Positions 19,643-27,407 of a stretch of 64,000 bases of DNA are shown here, piece after piece. Location of the stretch: assembly GCA_963767585.1 (NCBI GenBank), contig CAVYEB010000002.1, positions 2,080,865 through 2,144,864 on the forward strand. The letters are read 5' to 3'. Position numbers and translations under genes: made by a program. Each line of letters begins with the position of its first letter. The first letter of the stretch is position 1. This DNA comes from an uncultured delta proteobacterium. Its GTDB lineage: Bacteria; Desulfobacterota; Syntrophobacteria; Syntrophobacterales; Syntrophobacteraceae. The notes under the pieces are model-generated. The model was not told where the DNA came from, did no database searches, and worked only from the letters and a program-made list of their open reading frames with translations.

Positions 19643-19684
19643 GGACTGAGGACTGAGGACTGAGGACTGAGGACTGAGGACTGA
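19643..19684 (+). repeat. GGACTGA heptamer array, 6 perfect copies
   Basis: ggactga x6, read directly. Confidence 0.97.
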
Positions 19685-19782
19685 ATATAGAGGCTTGCCA
19701 TCTGAGGATCCGCCCTCACAAAAGATCAGGCGCATGCATCAGCATGTCGGCGATTCCAAAACACGCGGTCCGGATGTCACGA

Positions 19783-19812
19783 TTGACATGGCAGCTTGGT
19801 CTTGATTAGAAT
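19783..19812 (+). promoter_or_regulatory. sigma70-like promoter (TTGACA-18 nt-TAGAAT) upstream of the zinc-ribbon gene
   Basis: ttgaca 19783-19788 and tagaat 19807-19812. Confidence 0.4.
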
Positions 19813-19899
19813 TCCATCTCAACGATCGCTTATTCTGGAGATCCATCCTCCGGGGTGGGGGATGTCTCCACATCTTTGGAGAAATCAAGGGAGAAGAAA

Positions 19900-20154
19900 T
19901 TGCCTATTTACGAATTTCGGTGTGCGGGTTGCGGCAATGTCGAGGAATTCATCCTGACGGGTAGCCGGGAAATCGAGATGAAGTGCAGCGCGTGCGGAGG
20001 GGAAGGCCTGGAGCGCGTCATCAGCCGAACAAACTATGTGATGGGTTCATCGGGTTCGTCGAAGGGAGCCGATATTTCTGCCACATCGCGCTCATGCGGA
20101 CCCGGGCAATCGTGCACGTCCATAGAACTGCCGGGACATAAAAGAGAGGACTGA
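19900..20154 (+). CDS. FmdB-family putative regulatory zinc-ribbon protein
   Basis: TTG start after AAGGGAGAAG gives (M)PIYEFRCAGCG...KCSACGG, the classic FmdB N-terminus. Confidence 0.7.
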   Translation: MPIYEFRCAGCGNVEEFILTGSREIEMKCSACGGEGLERVISRTNYVMGSSGSSKGADISATSRSCGPGQSCTSIELPGHKRED

Positions 20155-20176
20155 GGACTAAGGACTGAGGACTGAG
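20146..20176 (+). repeat. GGACTGA-type array supplying the zinc-ribbon gene stop (a copy at 20530-20560 lies inside the duplication)
   Basis: gaggactgaggactaaggactgaggactgagg. Confidence 0.95.
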
Positions 20177-20188
20177 GGGGGGACGAGT

Positions 20189-20509
20189 GTGGCCAAGGTC
20201 GACAGATTCGAAGATTTGATTGCCTGGCAGAAAGCGCGGGAGCTGATACGGGCTGTCTATGAGGTTACGCGGCTCGGGGTCTTTGCCAAGGACTATAACC
20301 TAAGCGGGCAGATTCAGCGGGCCGCCGTTTCGATCATGTCGAATATCGCCGAGGGGTTTGAGCGCGGTGGTCGTGGCGAATTTCACCAGTTCCTTTCCAC
20401 TGCCAAGGCGTCATGCGCGGAAGTGCGTTCCCAACTATACGTCGCCAGGGAGCCGATATTTCTGCCACATCGCGCTCATGCGGACCCGGGCAATCGTGCA
20501 CGTCCATAG
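20189..20509 (+). pseudogene. truncated/chimeric four-helix-bundle (23S rRNA IVS-type) gene created by the duplication
   Basis: Identical to the intact copy through ...RSQLYVA, then reads out of frame into the duplicated 3' end of the zinc-ribbon gene. Confidence 0.8.
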
Positions 20510-20572
20510 AACTGCCGGGACATAAAAGAGAGGACTGAGGACTAAGGACTGAGGACTGAGGGGGGGACGAGT

Positions 20573-20905
20573 GTGGCCAAGGTCGACAGATTCGAAGATT
20601 TGATTGCCTGGCAGAAAGCGCGGGAGCTGATACGGGCCGTCTATGAGGTTGCGCGGCTCGGGGCCTTTGCCAAGGACTATAACCTAAGCGGGCAGATTCA
20701 GCGGGCCGCCGTTTCGATCATGTCGAATATCGCCGAGGGGTTTGAGCGCGGTGGTCGTGGCGAATTTCACCAGTTCCTTTCCACTGCCAAGGCGTCATGC
20801 GCGGAAGTGCGTTCCCAACTATACGTCGCCCTGGATATAGGTTATCTGGACAAGGCGTCATTCGACGCACTCATGCAGCAAGCTGAGGAAGTGCTCGAAT
20901 TGTAG
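20573..20905 (+). CDS. four-helix-bundle protein (23S rRNA intervening-sequence protein family)
   Basis: [26 protein letters not shown]...[10 protein letters not shown]...[25 protein letters not shown] is typical of this family. Confidence 0.85.
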   Translation: MAKVDRFEDLIAWQKARELIRAVYEVARLGAFAKDYNLSGQIQRAAVSIMSNIAEGFERGGRGEFHQFLSTAKASCAEVRSQLYVALDIGYLDKASFDALMQQAEEVLEL

Positions 20906-20980
20906 GCGGCTTGCGTGCCTCTATACACAGACAGAAAGAATACGGAGGCAAATGAACAACATTGTTCCAGTTTACTTCCA

Positions 20981-21010
20981 CTCAGTCCCCAGTCCCCAGT
21001 CCTCAGTCCT
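20981..21010 (-). repeat. GGACTGA/GGGACTG array supplying the DUF1992 stop
   Basis: ctcagtccccagtccccagtcctcagtcct. Confidence 0.9.
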
Positions 21011-21413
21011 CGCGCTTCGCGCAGTCCTTTTCCTTGCTTCCCATTTTTTCTACGATCCTGTCGTAATATACCTGGTTTGTTTCGAGATCCAGCGAGCTGC
21101 GGCGGGACATGTTGAGTTTCATGATGAGGTAATTCAGCTTCTTTATCTGCCTGTATTTTTCCTTCGTATCCTTGACTCCGTCCAGCAATTCTTCGATAGA
21201 AAAGATTTCTTTTCTAAGCTCGAGCTCAGGAGGGAGACAGTCGGCATTTTTTAAAATCTTGTACGCCAGCCGGATATCCTGGGGAATATGCCTGTCGTCC
21301 TCCAACTGGAGGGGTTTCCCCTTACCGGCAAGATTATCGAATTCGCCGTTGTCCATTGCTTCACGGATTTTTTTCTCCGCGATTTTCTCGAATGCTTCGA
21401 ATATATTACCCAT
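21003..21413 (-). CDS. DUF1992 (DnaJC28-like) domain protein
   Basis: AMDNGEFDNLAGKGKPLQLEDD...AYKILKNADCLPPELELRKEI. Confidence 0.8.
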   Translation of the reverse strand: MGNIFEAFEKIAEKKIREAMDNGEFDNLAGKGKPLQLEDDRHIPQDIRLAYKILKNADCLPPELELRKEIFSIEELLDGVKDTKEKYRQIKKLNYLIMKLNMSRRSSLDLETNQVYYDRIVEKMGSKEKDCAKRED

Positions 21414-21434
21414 GGTTTCAATATTACCACATAA

Positions 21435-22145
21435 ATGGGCAAACGAAAGATGTCATCAGAAGATTTAGCTTCAAACCCACTGCGGGATCTATTCCCGCCC
21501 CGGCGAATAAGAGTTCTCGGCGCAGGCCGGTTTGGCAGGCTTGCAGCCGAGAGGCTCAAGCGCCGTTTTCCGGACGCGTCCCTGACAATAACCGACCGTG
21601 AGAAGGCCAGGGTCGAAGAAATTGCCGCGGACTTGGGAATTAAGGGAGAGGTGGAGGAGTGCCTGCGCAGCATCAGCCGTTTGGAGCTCGACGATGACTT
21701 ATGGGTGGTTCCGGCAGTGCCGGTGCATGTGGGATTCGAGTGGGTGGTAAATGAACTGACCAGGGGCGCAGAGGTTATAAGGCTTCCGGTTCCACGGGAG
21801 GTCGACTCAATGGTGCCCAATCCGATTCGCGCTCCAAATGGGACCCTTTACTCGAGCTTTGCCACTTTCATATGTCCCGATTATTGCAGCGAACCCGAAG
21901 AGATTTGCACTCACACCGGCAAGGAGCGGCCCGGAAACCTGTACGAAGTATTCGGCGAAGTTCCTGCGCCCGGATTCGATGTCGAAGTGCTAAGAAGCTG
22001 GCAGCTTGCGCCGGGGGTCGGGGGCTACCCTGGACGGAGCCTCAAAGATCTGCTTGCCGGGATTGTTTTAAAGCCTGGCGGATATCTGATCGCGACAAGT
22101 TGCCGCTGCCACGGGGTTATGAATGCGCTGGAATGGAAAAATTAG
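21435..22145 (+). CDS. hypothetical Rossmann-like protein with C-terminal Cys motifs
   Basis: RVLGAGRFGRLAAERL dinucleotide-binding-like motif, then CPDYCSEPEEICTH and SCRCHG. Function unknown. Confidence 0.5.
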   Translation: MGKRKMSSEDLASNPLRDLFPPRRIRVLGAGRFGRLAAERLKRRFPDASLTITDREKARVEEIAADLGIKGEVEECLRSISRLELDDDLWVVPAVPVHVGFEWVVNELTRGAEVIRLPVPREVDSMVPNPIRAPNGTLYSSFATFICPDYCSEPEEICTHTGKERPGNLYEVFGEVPAPGFDVEVLRSWQLAPGVGGYPGRSLKDLLAGIVLKPGGYLIATSCRCHGVMNALEWKN

Positions 22146-23168
22146 TTAATCGATTCCGGCTTCCCGGAGTTTTTTACCGAACTCGATGATCACACCCCGG
22201 TCATACCTGCCGCTCATTTCTTCGCCAACAACCGTAAGCGCCTGCCTTACCGAGAGCGGGTCTCCATAGAAGTATCTATCTGAGGTGAGCGTGTCGAAAG
22301 CATCGGCCACGCCGATTATACGCGTGTGGAGCGGGATGCCTGATCCCTGAAGCCCTGCCGGGTACCCGCTCCCGTCCATTTTTTCATGATGGAAAAGCAG
22401 GCAATGAATAACTGTCTGCCCGATGAAGATCGGCGCACACATCCCGACGCCCCTGACCGGATGCGTCTGCATCAGGTCCCGTTCCTCCTTATTGAGCTTG
22501 CCGTGCTTATTTACGATGGCTTTGGGTATGGTCGCCTTCCCGATATCGTGCAGGAGTGCTCCCAGGGCTGTCTTGAGTTTTTCTTCCAATGATATTTTAT
22601 AGCAATCCACAATAGCTGTGCAGTAGATGAATACGTTTGCAGAGTGCGTATGGACGCCATACCCGTGGGACAGCATCGGCACCATGGATCGGAAAGCGTC
22701 GCCGGTGGAGAGAAATTCCAGGCTGGATCGAACTATGTTTTTCAGCTTGTCCAGAGAGCCGGAACTCAAGCTGTGCCTGTCTGTTTCAAAGACTTCCCCC
22801 AGGATTGAAGTCGTCAGGTGATAAAGGACGCTCGAACGGACGGCCACAGGAATGGAATCATCGGCAAGGATCGTGCCCAAGTGTCCCTCGAGGTACCGGT
22901 CGTATTCGGGTCTTTGAAATGATTGGATAAAGAGTTCGGGTACGCCTTTTTCCTCGAGGATGGCTTTGTGCTCTTTGGTGAACTTTTCCCCCTCGCGCGT
23001 AAAGAGAATGAGGTCTTTTCCCTTCCTGGTATAGACTGCAAATTCAGCGTAAGCTTCAGGGAAGATCATGAAAGGAGATATTGGGAAATAGAGAGAGAGA
23101 CCTTCATCATCGGAACCGCCTTTAGTCGCGGCAGGATGATCATCAAATATGTTCCTGTATGTCTGCAT
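22146..23168 (-). CDS. HD-GYP domain phosphodiesterase-like protein
   Basis: HDIGKATIP and HHEKMDGSGYPAGL motifs. Confidence 0.85.
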   Translation of the reverse strand: MQTYRNIFDDHPAATKGGSDDEGLSLYFPISPFMIFPEAYAEFAVYTRKGKDLILFTREGEKFTKEHKAILEEKGVPELFIQSFQRPEYDRYLEGHLGTILADDSIPVAVRSSVLYHLTTSILGEVFETDRHSLSSGSLDKLKNIVRSSLEFLSTGDAFRSMVPMLSHGYGVHTHSANVFIYCTAIVDCYKISLEEKLKTALGALLHDIGKATIPKAIVNKHGKLNKEERDLMQTHPVRGVGMCAPIFIGQTVIHCLLFHHEKMDGSGYPAGLQGSGIPLHTRIIGVADAFDTLTSDRYFYGDPLSVRQALTVVGEEMSGRYDRGVIIEFGKKLREAGID

Positions 23169-23838
23169 TCTTCATATACCTTGCCAGAGCGCGTTCCAGT
23201 TCCCAGCCCGCAAGAAGTTGTTCTCCCACCCGCTGTAGGATCATAAGGAGTGTTTCCTCTCCCAGAGAATTCTTGAGGTCAGGGCAGAAGTAGTTCAGGC
23301 AGAAATATTGCCGGGCCTGGAGCTTGCAACCTCTGTCCCCCACAAAATGACAGCTCCCTGACAAATCTGTCTTTTTAGGGAGATCAGATCCGAGCAGCAG
23401 ATTAACAAAAAGCCCCATGAATCCATAACTCTCGCCCATCTCCCCGAAACAGCAACCGCCTTTATGACTCACGGCGCATCCGGTGCACGCCGATACGACC
23501 CCCGATCGGAGCATAGCCCGGTCCGTCCTGCTAATCAGGTCGCGAAGGTCCCGGAGCAACCGGCCCAATTCAGGGTCGTTCAGGCAGACAAAACCAAAGC
23601 GCTCGTAAAGTCGGGACGCCTTTTCGATCTCTTTTCTCAACTGTCTGCTCGGCCTATCCATATATTCGTCCCGACCGTGTAAAACATTTAACTGAAACAG
23701 CCGAATTTCTTTAAAAAGTACGAATAATTCCGCAGGGTCTTTGCATTTGATCCGGCTAATGCCTAGACTAAACTGAAGTTGACCCGCAAACCCGGTAAAG
23801 CTTCGTCCCGATCTCTTGACGAGCTTACGGATGGACAT
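23143..23838 (-). CDS. hypothetical Cys-rich protein (start uncertain)
   Basis: CTGCAVSHKGGCCFGE...CHFVGDRGCKLQ...YFCLNYFCPD. No good RBS at any candidate start. Confidence 0.4.
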   Translation of the reverse strand: MSIRKLVKRSGRSFTGFAGQLQFSLGISRIKCKDPAELFVLFKEIRLFQLNVLHGRDEYMDRPSRQLRKEIEKASRLYERFGFVCLNDPELGRLLRDLRDLISRTDRAMLRSGVVSACTGCAVSHKGGCCFGEMGESYGFMGLFVNLLLGSDLPKKTDLSGSCHFVGDRGCKLQARQYFCLNYFCPDLKNSLGEETLLMILQRVGEQLLAGWELERALARYMKNADIQEHI

Positions 23839-23850
23839 TGACTGAAGTCT

Positions 23851-23872
23851 CAAAACTAAAAACTAAAAACTC
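23851..23872 (+). repeat. AAAACTA tandem words directly upstream of the ligD ATG
   Basis: caaaactaaaaactaaaaactc ATG. Confidence 0.9.
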
Positions 23873-26455
23873 ATGCCACTTGAATCATATCATGAAAAAC
23901 GCCGCTTCCAACGCACCCCTGAGCCGCAGGGGAAGGTTGAAGCGACCCCGGGAGGCAATCTCTATATAATCCAGAAACACGCAGCAAGCCACCTTCATTA
24001 CGACCTTCGACTCGAGCTTGACGGGGTCCTCAAGAGCTGGGCGGTGCCTAAAGGCCCAAGCCTTAAGCCGACCGAGAAAAGGCTTGCCGTCCATGTAGAA
24101 GACCACCCGATAGAATACGGTTCTTTTGAGGGAATGATCCCGGAGGGAGAATACGGGGCGGGAACGGTCATGCTCTGGGATCGCGGAACGTGGGAGCCTG
24201 GGGGTGACCCTCATGCGGGATACGCCAAAGGTGACTTCAAGTTCAAACTGCACGGCGAGAAGCTGAAAGGGAGCTGGGTGCTTGCAAGAATGAAAGGAAA
24301 AGCGGGGGGAGACGAGGGCAAGAACTGGCTGCTTATAAAAAAACGCGACGATGCGGCTATCTCCGGATCTGAACCGGAACCCGTCGAAGTTTTGGACCGG
24401 AGTGTGGCGAGCGGGCGCACAATGCAGGAAATTTCGTCTCAGAGTGATAAATTCTGGATCGTCCCATCCGACCTGCCCGGCGTTCGTCAGGCAGATCAGC
24501 CGGAATTTATGCAATTACAGCTCGCAACGCCGGGCGATAAACCTCCAAAGGGTGAAAACTGGCTGCATGAAATTAAATACGACGGCTACCGGATATTGTG
24601 CAGACTCCGCGAAGGACAGGCGCGGCTTTTTTCACGGAATGAAAAGGAATGGACGAACCGGTTTCCTCAGATAGCTGAAGCTGCCGCCAGGATTCCAATC
24701 GAAAGCGCATTTTTGGACGGAGAGGTGGCGGTCATTGACGAGCATGGAAAGACCGACTTTCAGGCGCTTCAGAATATCCTCCAGGGAACACATACGGGCA
24801 AGCTCGTCTACTTCGTTTTCGATATACCGTTTTGCGCCGGCTACGATCTCACGCAAACACCGCTTATTAAGCGCAAGGAGCTTCTGCTAAAGAAACTATT
24901 GTCGCTCAAACATTCGAACGGCGAATCCCAGGTCCTCTACGCAGATCACATTGTCGGGCAGGGAGAGTCCGTCTTTCAATCAGCGTGCAGGCTCGGGCTC
25001 GAGGGCATTGTTTCCAAGCGTGCCGACAGCAGCTATGAAAAGGGGAGGGGCAGGAACTGGATCAAGGTGAAATGCTCCATGAGGCAGGAGTTTGTAGTTG
25101 GGGGATTCACCGATCCGGGTGGTTCCCGGATAGGTTTTGGCGCGCTGTTGCTCGGATACTATAGCCCGCAGGGCCGGCTGGTTTATGCAGGTAGAACTGG
25201 AACTGGATTCGACGACCAGACCCTTGAAACTCTCTCAAAGCGACTGGTGCGGATGGAAACCGACACGCCGACGTTCAGCAATCCTCCTGCAGGCTATGAG
25301 GCCAAGGGGGTCCATTGGATCAGGCCGGAACTGGTGGCTGAGGTGGTATTCAGCGCCTGGACCGATGATGGAGTTCTTCGCCACCCCGCTTTCAAAGGAT
25401 TAAGGGAGGATAAGGACCCAAAAGATGTTGTCCGGGAGGACAACGGAGGACGGAAGAAAGAGGAATTAGGAGTGGCGCCTACTTCTTGGCGCAAGGCTGG
25501 AGTGAGATTGGCCGGCGCCGAACCGGAGGTTAGGGAAGAGGGCGGAGAACAGAGGACACAGGACGGAAGGCGGAAGACAGGAGGCAAAATGACGGCTCTT
25601 ACGAACCCGAATCGGGTTTTCTACCCCGAAATTGGGGTGACCAAACGCGCCCTTGCCGAATATTACACCGAAATCGCCGACTGGATTATGCCGCATCTTG
25701 CGGGGCGTCCGCTTACCCTCGTGCGCTGTCCGGAAGGACGGGAGAAGGAGTGCTTCTTTCAGAAACATCTCCGGGATGGGGCCCCTGAGATCCTCAGGTC
25801 TATCCCGGTAATGGAAAAAAACGAGAAAGTATACTACAGCGTCGCCGACAATATCGAAGGCGTCATAGCGCTGGTTCAGATGGGAGCTTTGGAAATACAT
25901 GTATGGGGGAGCCGGGAAGATAAGCTGGAGCAGCCGGACATGATGATATTCGATCTCGATCCCGCGCCTGAGGTCGACTGGGGTGAAATGGTCAAGGCCG
26001 CCAGGCTCATGCGCGAGCGGCTCTCAAACCTGGGACTGGAGAGCTTTGTGAAGACGACCGGAGGAAAAGGGCTGCACATAGTAGTCCCTCTTACTCCCAA
26101 TGCGGACTGGGAAACGGTCAAGGCGTTTTCCAAAGCGGTGGCGGACAGCATAGTCCGGGAGTACCCCGGAAAATATATCGCCACTATGTCCAAAGAAAAG
26201 CGCAAGGGTAAGATTTTTATCGATTATCTTAGAAACGGGCGTGGGGCGACAAGCGTAGCGGCTTATTCCACAAGAAGCCGGCATGGCGCTCCCATATCAA
26301 CACCCGTCGCATGGGATGAGCTTACCACCGACCTCAAACCGGACAGCTACAACATCCAAAATATCCGTGGCAGATTGTCCCACCTCCAGGGCGACCCCTG
26401 GGCAGGATATTTTTCGCTCCGGCAGGAAATAGACATAGATGCAATTAGAAATTAG
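23873..26455 (+). CDS. ligD: DNA ligase D (3'-phosphoesterase - ATP-dependent ligase - polymerase/primase domains)
   Basis: N-terminus YHEKRRFQRTPEP...HYDLRLE (PE domain); ligase KYDGYR motif; C-terminal LTNPNRVFYPE...DLDP... polymerase domain. Confidence 0.9.
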   Translation: MPLESYHEKRRFQRTPEPQGKVEATPGGNLYIIQKHAASHLHYDLRLELDGVLKSWAVPKGPSLKPTEKRLAVHVEDHPIEYGSFEGMIPEGEYGAGTVMLWDRGTWEPGGDPHAGYAKGDFKFKLHGEKLKGSWVLARMKGKAGGDEGKNWLLIKKRDDAAISGSEPEPVEVLDRSVASGRTMQEISSQSDKFWIVPSDLPGVRQADQPEFMQLQLATPGDKPPKGENWLHEIKYDGYRILCRLREGQARLFSRNEKEWTNRFPQIAEAAARIPIESAFLDGEVAVIDEHGKTDFQALQNILQGTHTGKLVYFVFDIPFCAGYDLTQTPLIKRKELLLKKLLSLKHSNGESQVLYADHIVGQGESVFQSACRLGLEGIVSKRADSSYEKGRGRNWIKVKCSMRQEFVVGGFTDPGGSRIGFGALLLGYYSPQGRLVYAGRTGTGFDDQTLETLSKRLVRMETDTPTFSNPPAGYEAKGVHWIRPELVAEVVFSAWTDDGVLRHPAFKGLREDKDPKDVVREDNGGRKKEELGVAPTSWRKAGVRLAGAEPEVREEGGEQRTQDGRRKTGGKMTALTNPNRVFYPEIGVTKRALAEYYTEIADWIMPHLAGRPLTLVRCPEGREKECFFQKHLRDGAPEILRSIPVMEKNEKVYYSVADNIEGVIALVQMGALEIHVWGSREDKLEQPDMMIFDLDPAPEVDWGEMVKAARLMRERLSNLGLESFVKTTGGKGLHIVVPLTPNADWETVKAFSKAVADSIVREYPGKYIATMSKEKRKGKIFIDYLRNGRGATSVAAYSTRSRHGAPISTPVAWDELTTDLKPDSYNIQNIRGRLSHLQGDPWAGYFSLRQEIDIDAIRN

Positions 26456-26460
26456 GAATG
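26441..26460 (+). repeat. AATTAGGAATG-family array (left arm), containing the ligD stop
   Basis: gcaattagaaattaggaatg. Confidence 0.9.
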
Positions 26461-26504
26461 ACTCTTCGAAAAGTTCTCACGCGAAGGGGCGATGAAGATG
26501 ACCC

Positions 26505-26670
26505 TTTTCATGGTTTCCGGGTGTCCCCAAAGGACGTGAAAAGCTGCTTCGAAAAGTTTATCGCGGGCAAGGCCCTGGGAGCGCAGCGCGGTCTCAGCCC
26601 TACCAAAATGTCTCGTCTTTTCGTGGTTTCAGGGTGTCCCGAAGGGACGTGCAAAACTGTTACGAAAAGG
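26505..26670 (+). repeat. two REP-like units, family B, nested between the arms of the word-hairpin
   Basis: ttttcatggtttccgggtgtccc...ctgcttcgaaaag..atcgcgggcaaggccc and a second degenerate unit. They match 59027-59150. Confidence 0.8.
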
Positions 26671-26680
26671 AACCTTCTCC

Positions 26681-26706
26681 ATAATTCCTAATTGCTTCAT
26701 TGCTTC
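26681..26706 (-). repeat. AATTAGGAATG-family array (right arm, inverted)
   Basis: ataattcctaattgcttcattgcttc. Confidence 0.85.
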
Positions 26707-26907
26707 TCCAAAATGTAACTTGATTCTGTAACGCGAACTCGCTTAGCATTCAGAACTTTGACGGTTCCCTGAATTTTTCCCGTTACGGATTGACTTTTAT
26801 TCGAGAATATCGTTAAATTCACCGCTTTGGTTGAGATTGGGAAAGCGGCATTGGCTGCAAGGAAGAAGGCAGCAGCCTCAAAGATATTAAAATCGTGGAG
26901 GATACCG

Positions 26908-27297
26908 ATGATTTTTGCTGGATTGGCGTACGCCGCCGAAGCGTTTGCGCAGGATGCCGGAGGCGGGGGTGGGGCCGGAGGATTGGGTGGACTGTTCAAT
27001 TTGGGCAATCCCATGTTTCTTATGATTGCAATGCTGGCAATCTTTTACTTTCTACTGATTCGTCCGCAGCAGAAACGCCAGAAAGAACATAAAGATATGC
27101 TGGCAAACCTTCAAAAGGGCGATACAATTTTCACTGCCGGTGGGCTCCGTGGCAGGATCACCGGTATCGACGAAAATGTCATAACTTTGGAGATCGCCGA
27201 AAGAGTTCGCGTGAAAGTCAACCGAAGCTCGGTCGGAGGGTTGGTCTCAAAGGGCGGTGAAGCGGCCCAGGAAAAAGAGCCGGCGAAAGAGTCGTGA
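26908..27297 (+). CDS. yajC: preprotein translocase subunit YajC
   Basis: GGAGGA-N6-ATG. FLMIAMLAIFYFLLIRPQQKRQKEHKDML core. Confidence 0.85.
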   Translation: MIFAGLAYAAEAFAQDAGGGGGAGGLGGLFNLGNPMFLMIAMLAIFYFLLIRPQQKRQKEHKDMLANLQKGDTIFTAGGLRGRITGIDENVITLEIAERVRVKVNRSSVGGLVSKGGEAAQEKEPAKES

Positions 27298-27388
27298 ACA
27301 GTGAGCGGTGAACCGTGAACAGAGAGTGGCCTTGAATCAGTGCGTTTTTTTTCTGTTCACCCTTCACTCTTCACGTTTCACTCTGCAC
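27294..27388. repeat. GTGAAC-word array / loop / inverted array between yajC and secD
   Basis: gtgaacagtgagcggtgaaccgtgaacag ... ctgttcacccttcactcttcacgtttcac. Confidence 0.9.
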
Positions 27389-27407
27389 GGTTTTGTTGGA
27401 GGCATAA

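Larger units (their letters stand above)
20063..20830 (+). repeat. tandem direct duplication, 2 x 384 bp (20063-20446 and 20447-20830)
   Basis: The period of 384 was checked at the GTG starts (20189 and 20573) and at both junctions. I found only 3 mismatches. Confidence 0.95.

Noticed and set aside
19643-19684. Possibility that the short tandem arrays are CRISPR arrays
   Set aside because: The period is only 7-14 nt with no unique spacers. The arrays are 20-60 nt long, and there are no cas genes in the window.
20189-20905. Four-helix-bundle genes as markers of a diversity-generating retroelement (Avd-like)
   Set aside because: The window contains no reverse transcriptase ORF and no template/variable repeat pair with A-specific mismatches. 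The duplication has only 3 mismatches and is a plain tandem duplication.
22146-23853. HD-GYP gene plus the overlapping Cys-rich gene as a dedicated signalling module
   Set aside because: The only evidence is a 26-nt overlap. The start of the Cys-rich ORF is unresolved and it has no recognisable domain, which is too little to propose a system.
26458-26691. 77-aa ORF downstream of ligD
   Set aside because: It is composed entirely of two REP-like family B units, the same DNA that recurs non-coding at 59027-59150. There is no RBS.
23143-27297. A complete NHEJ locus (Ku plus LigD)
   Set aside because: Neither neighbour of ligD resembles Ku. One is a Cys-rich hypothetical protein and the other is YajC. 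Ku must be encoded elsewhere or be absent.
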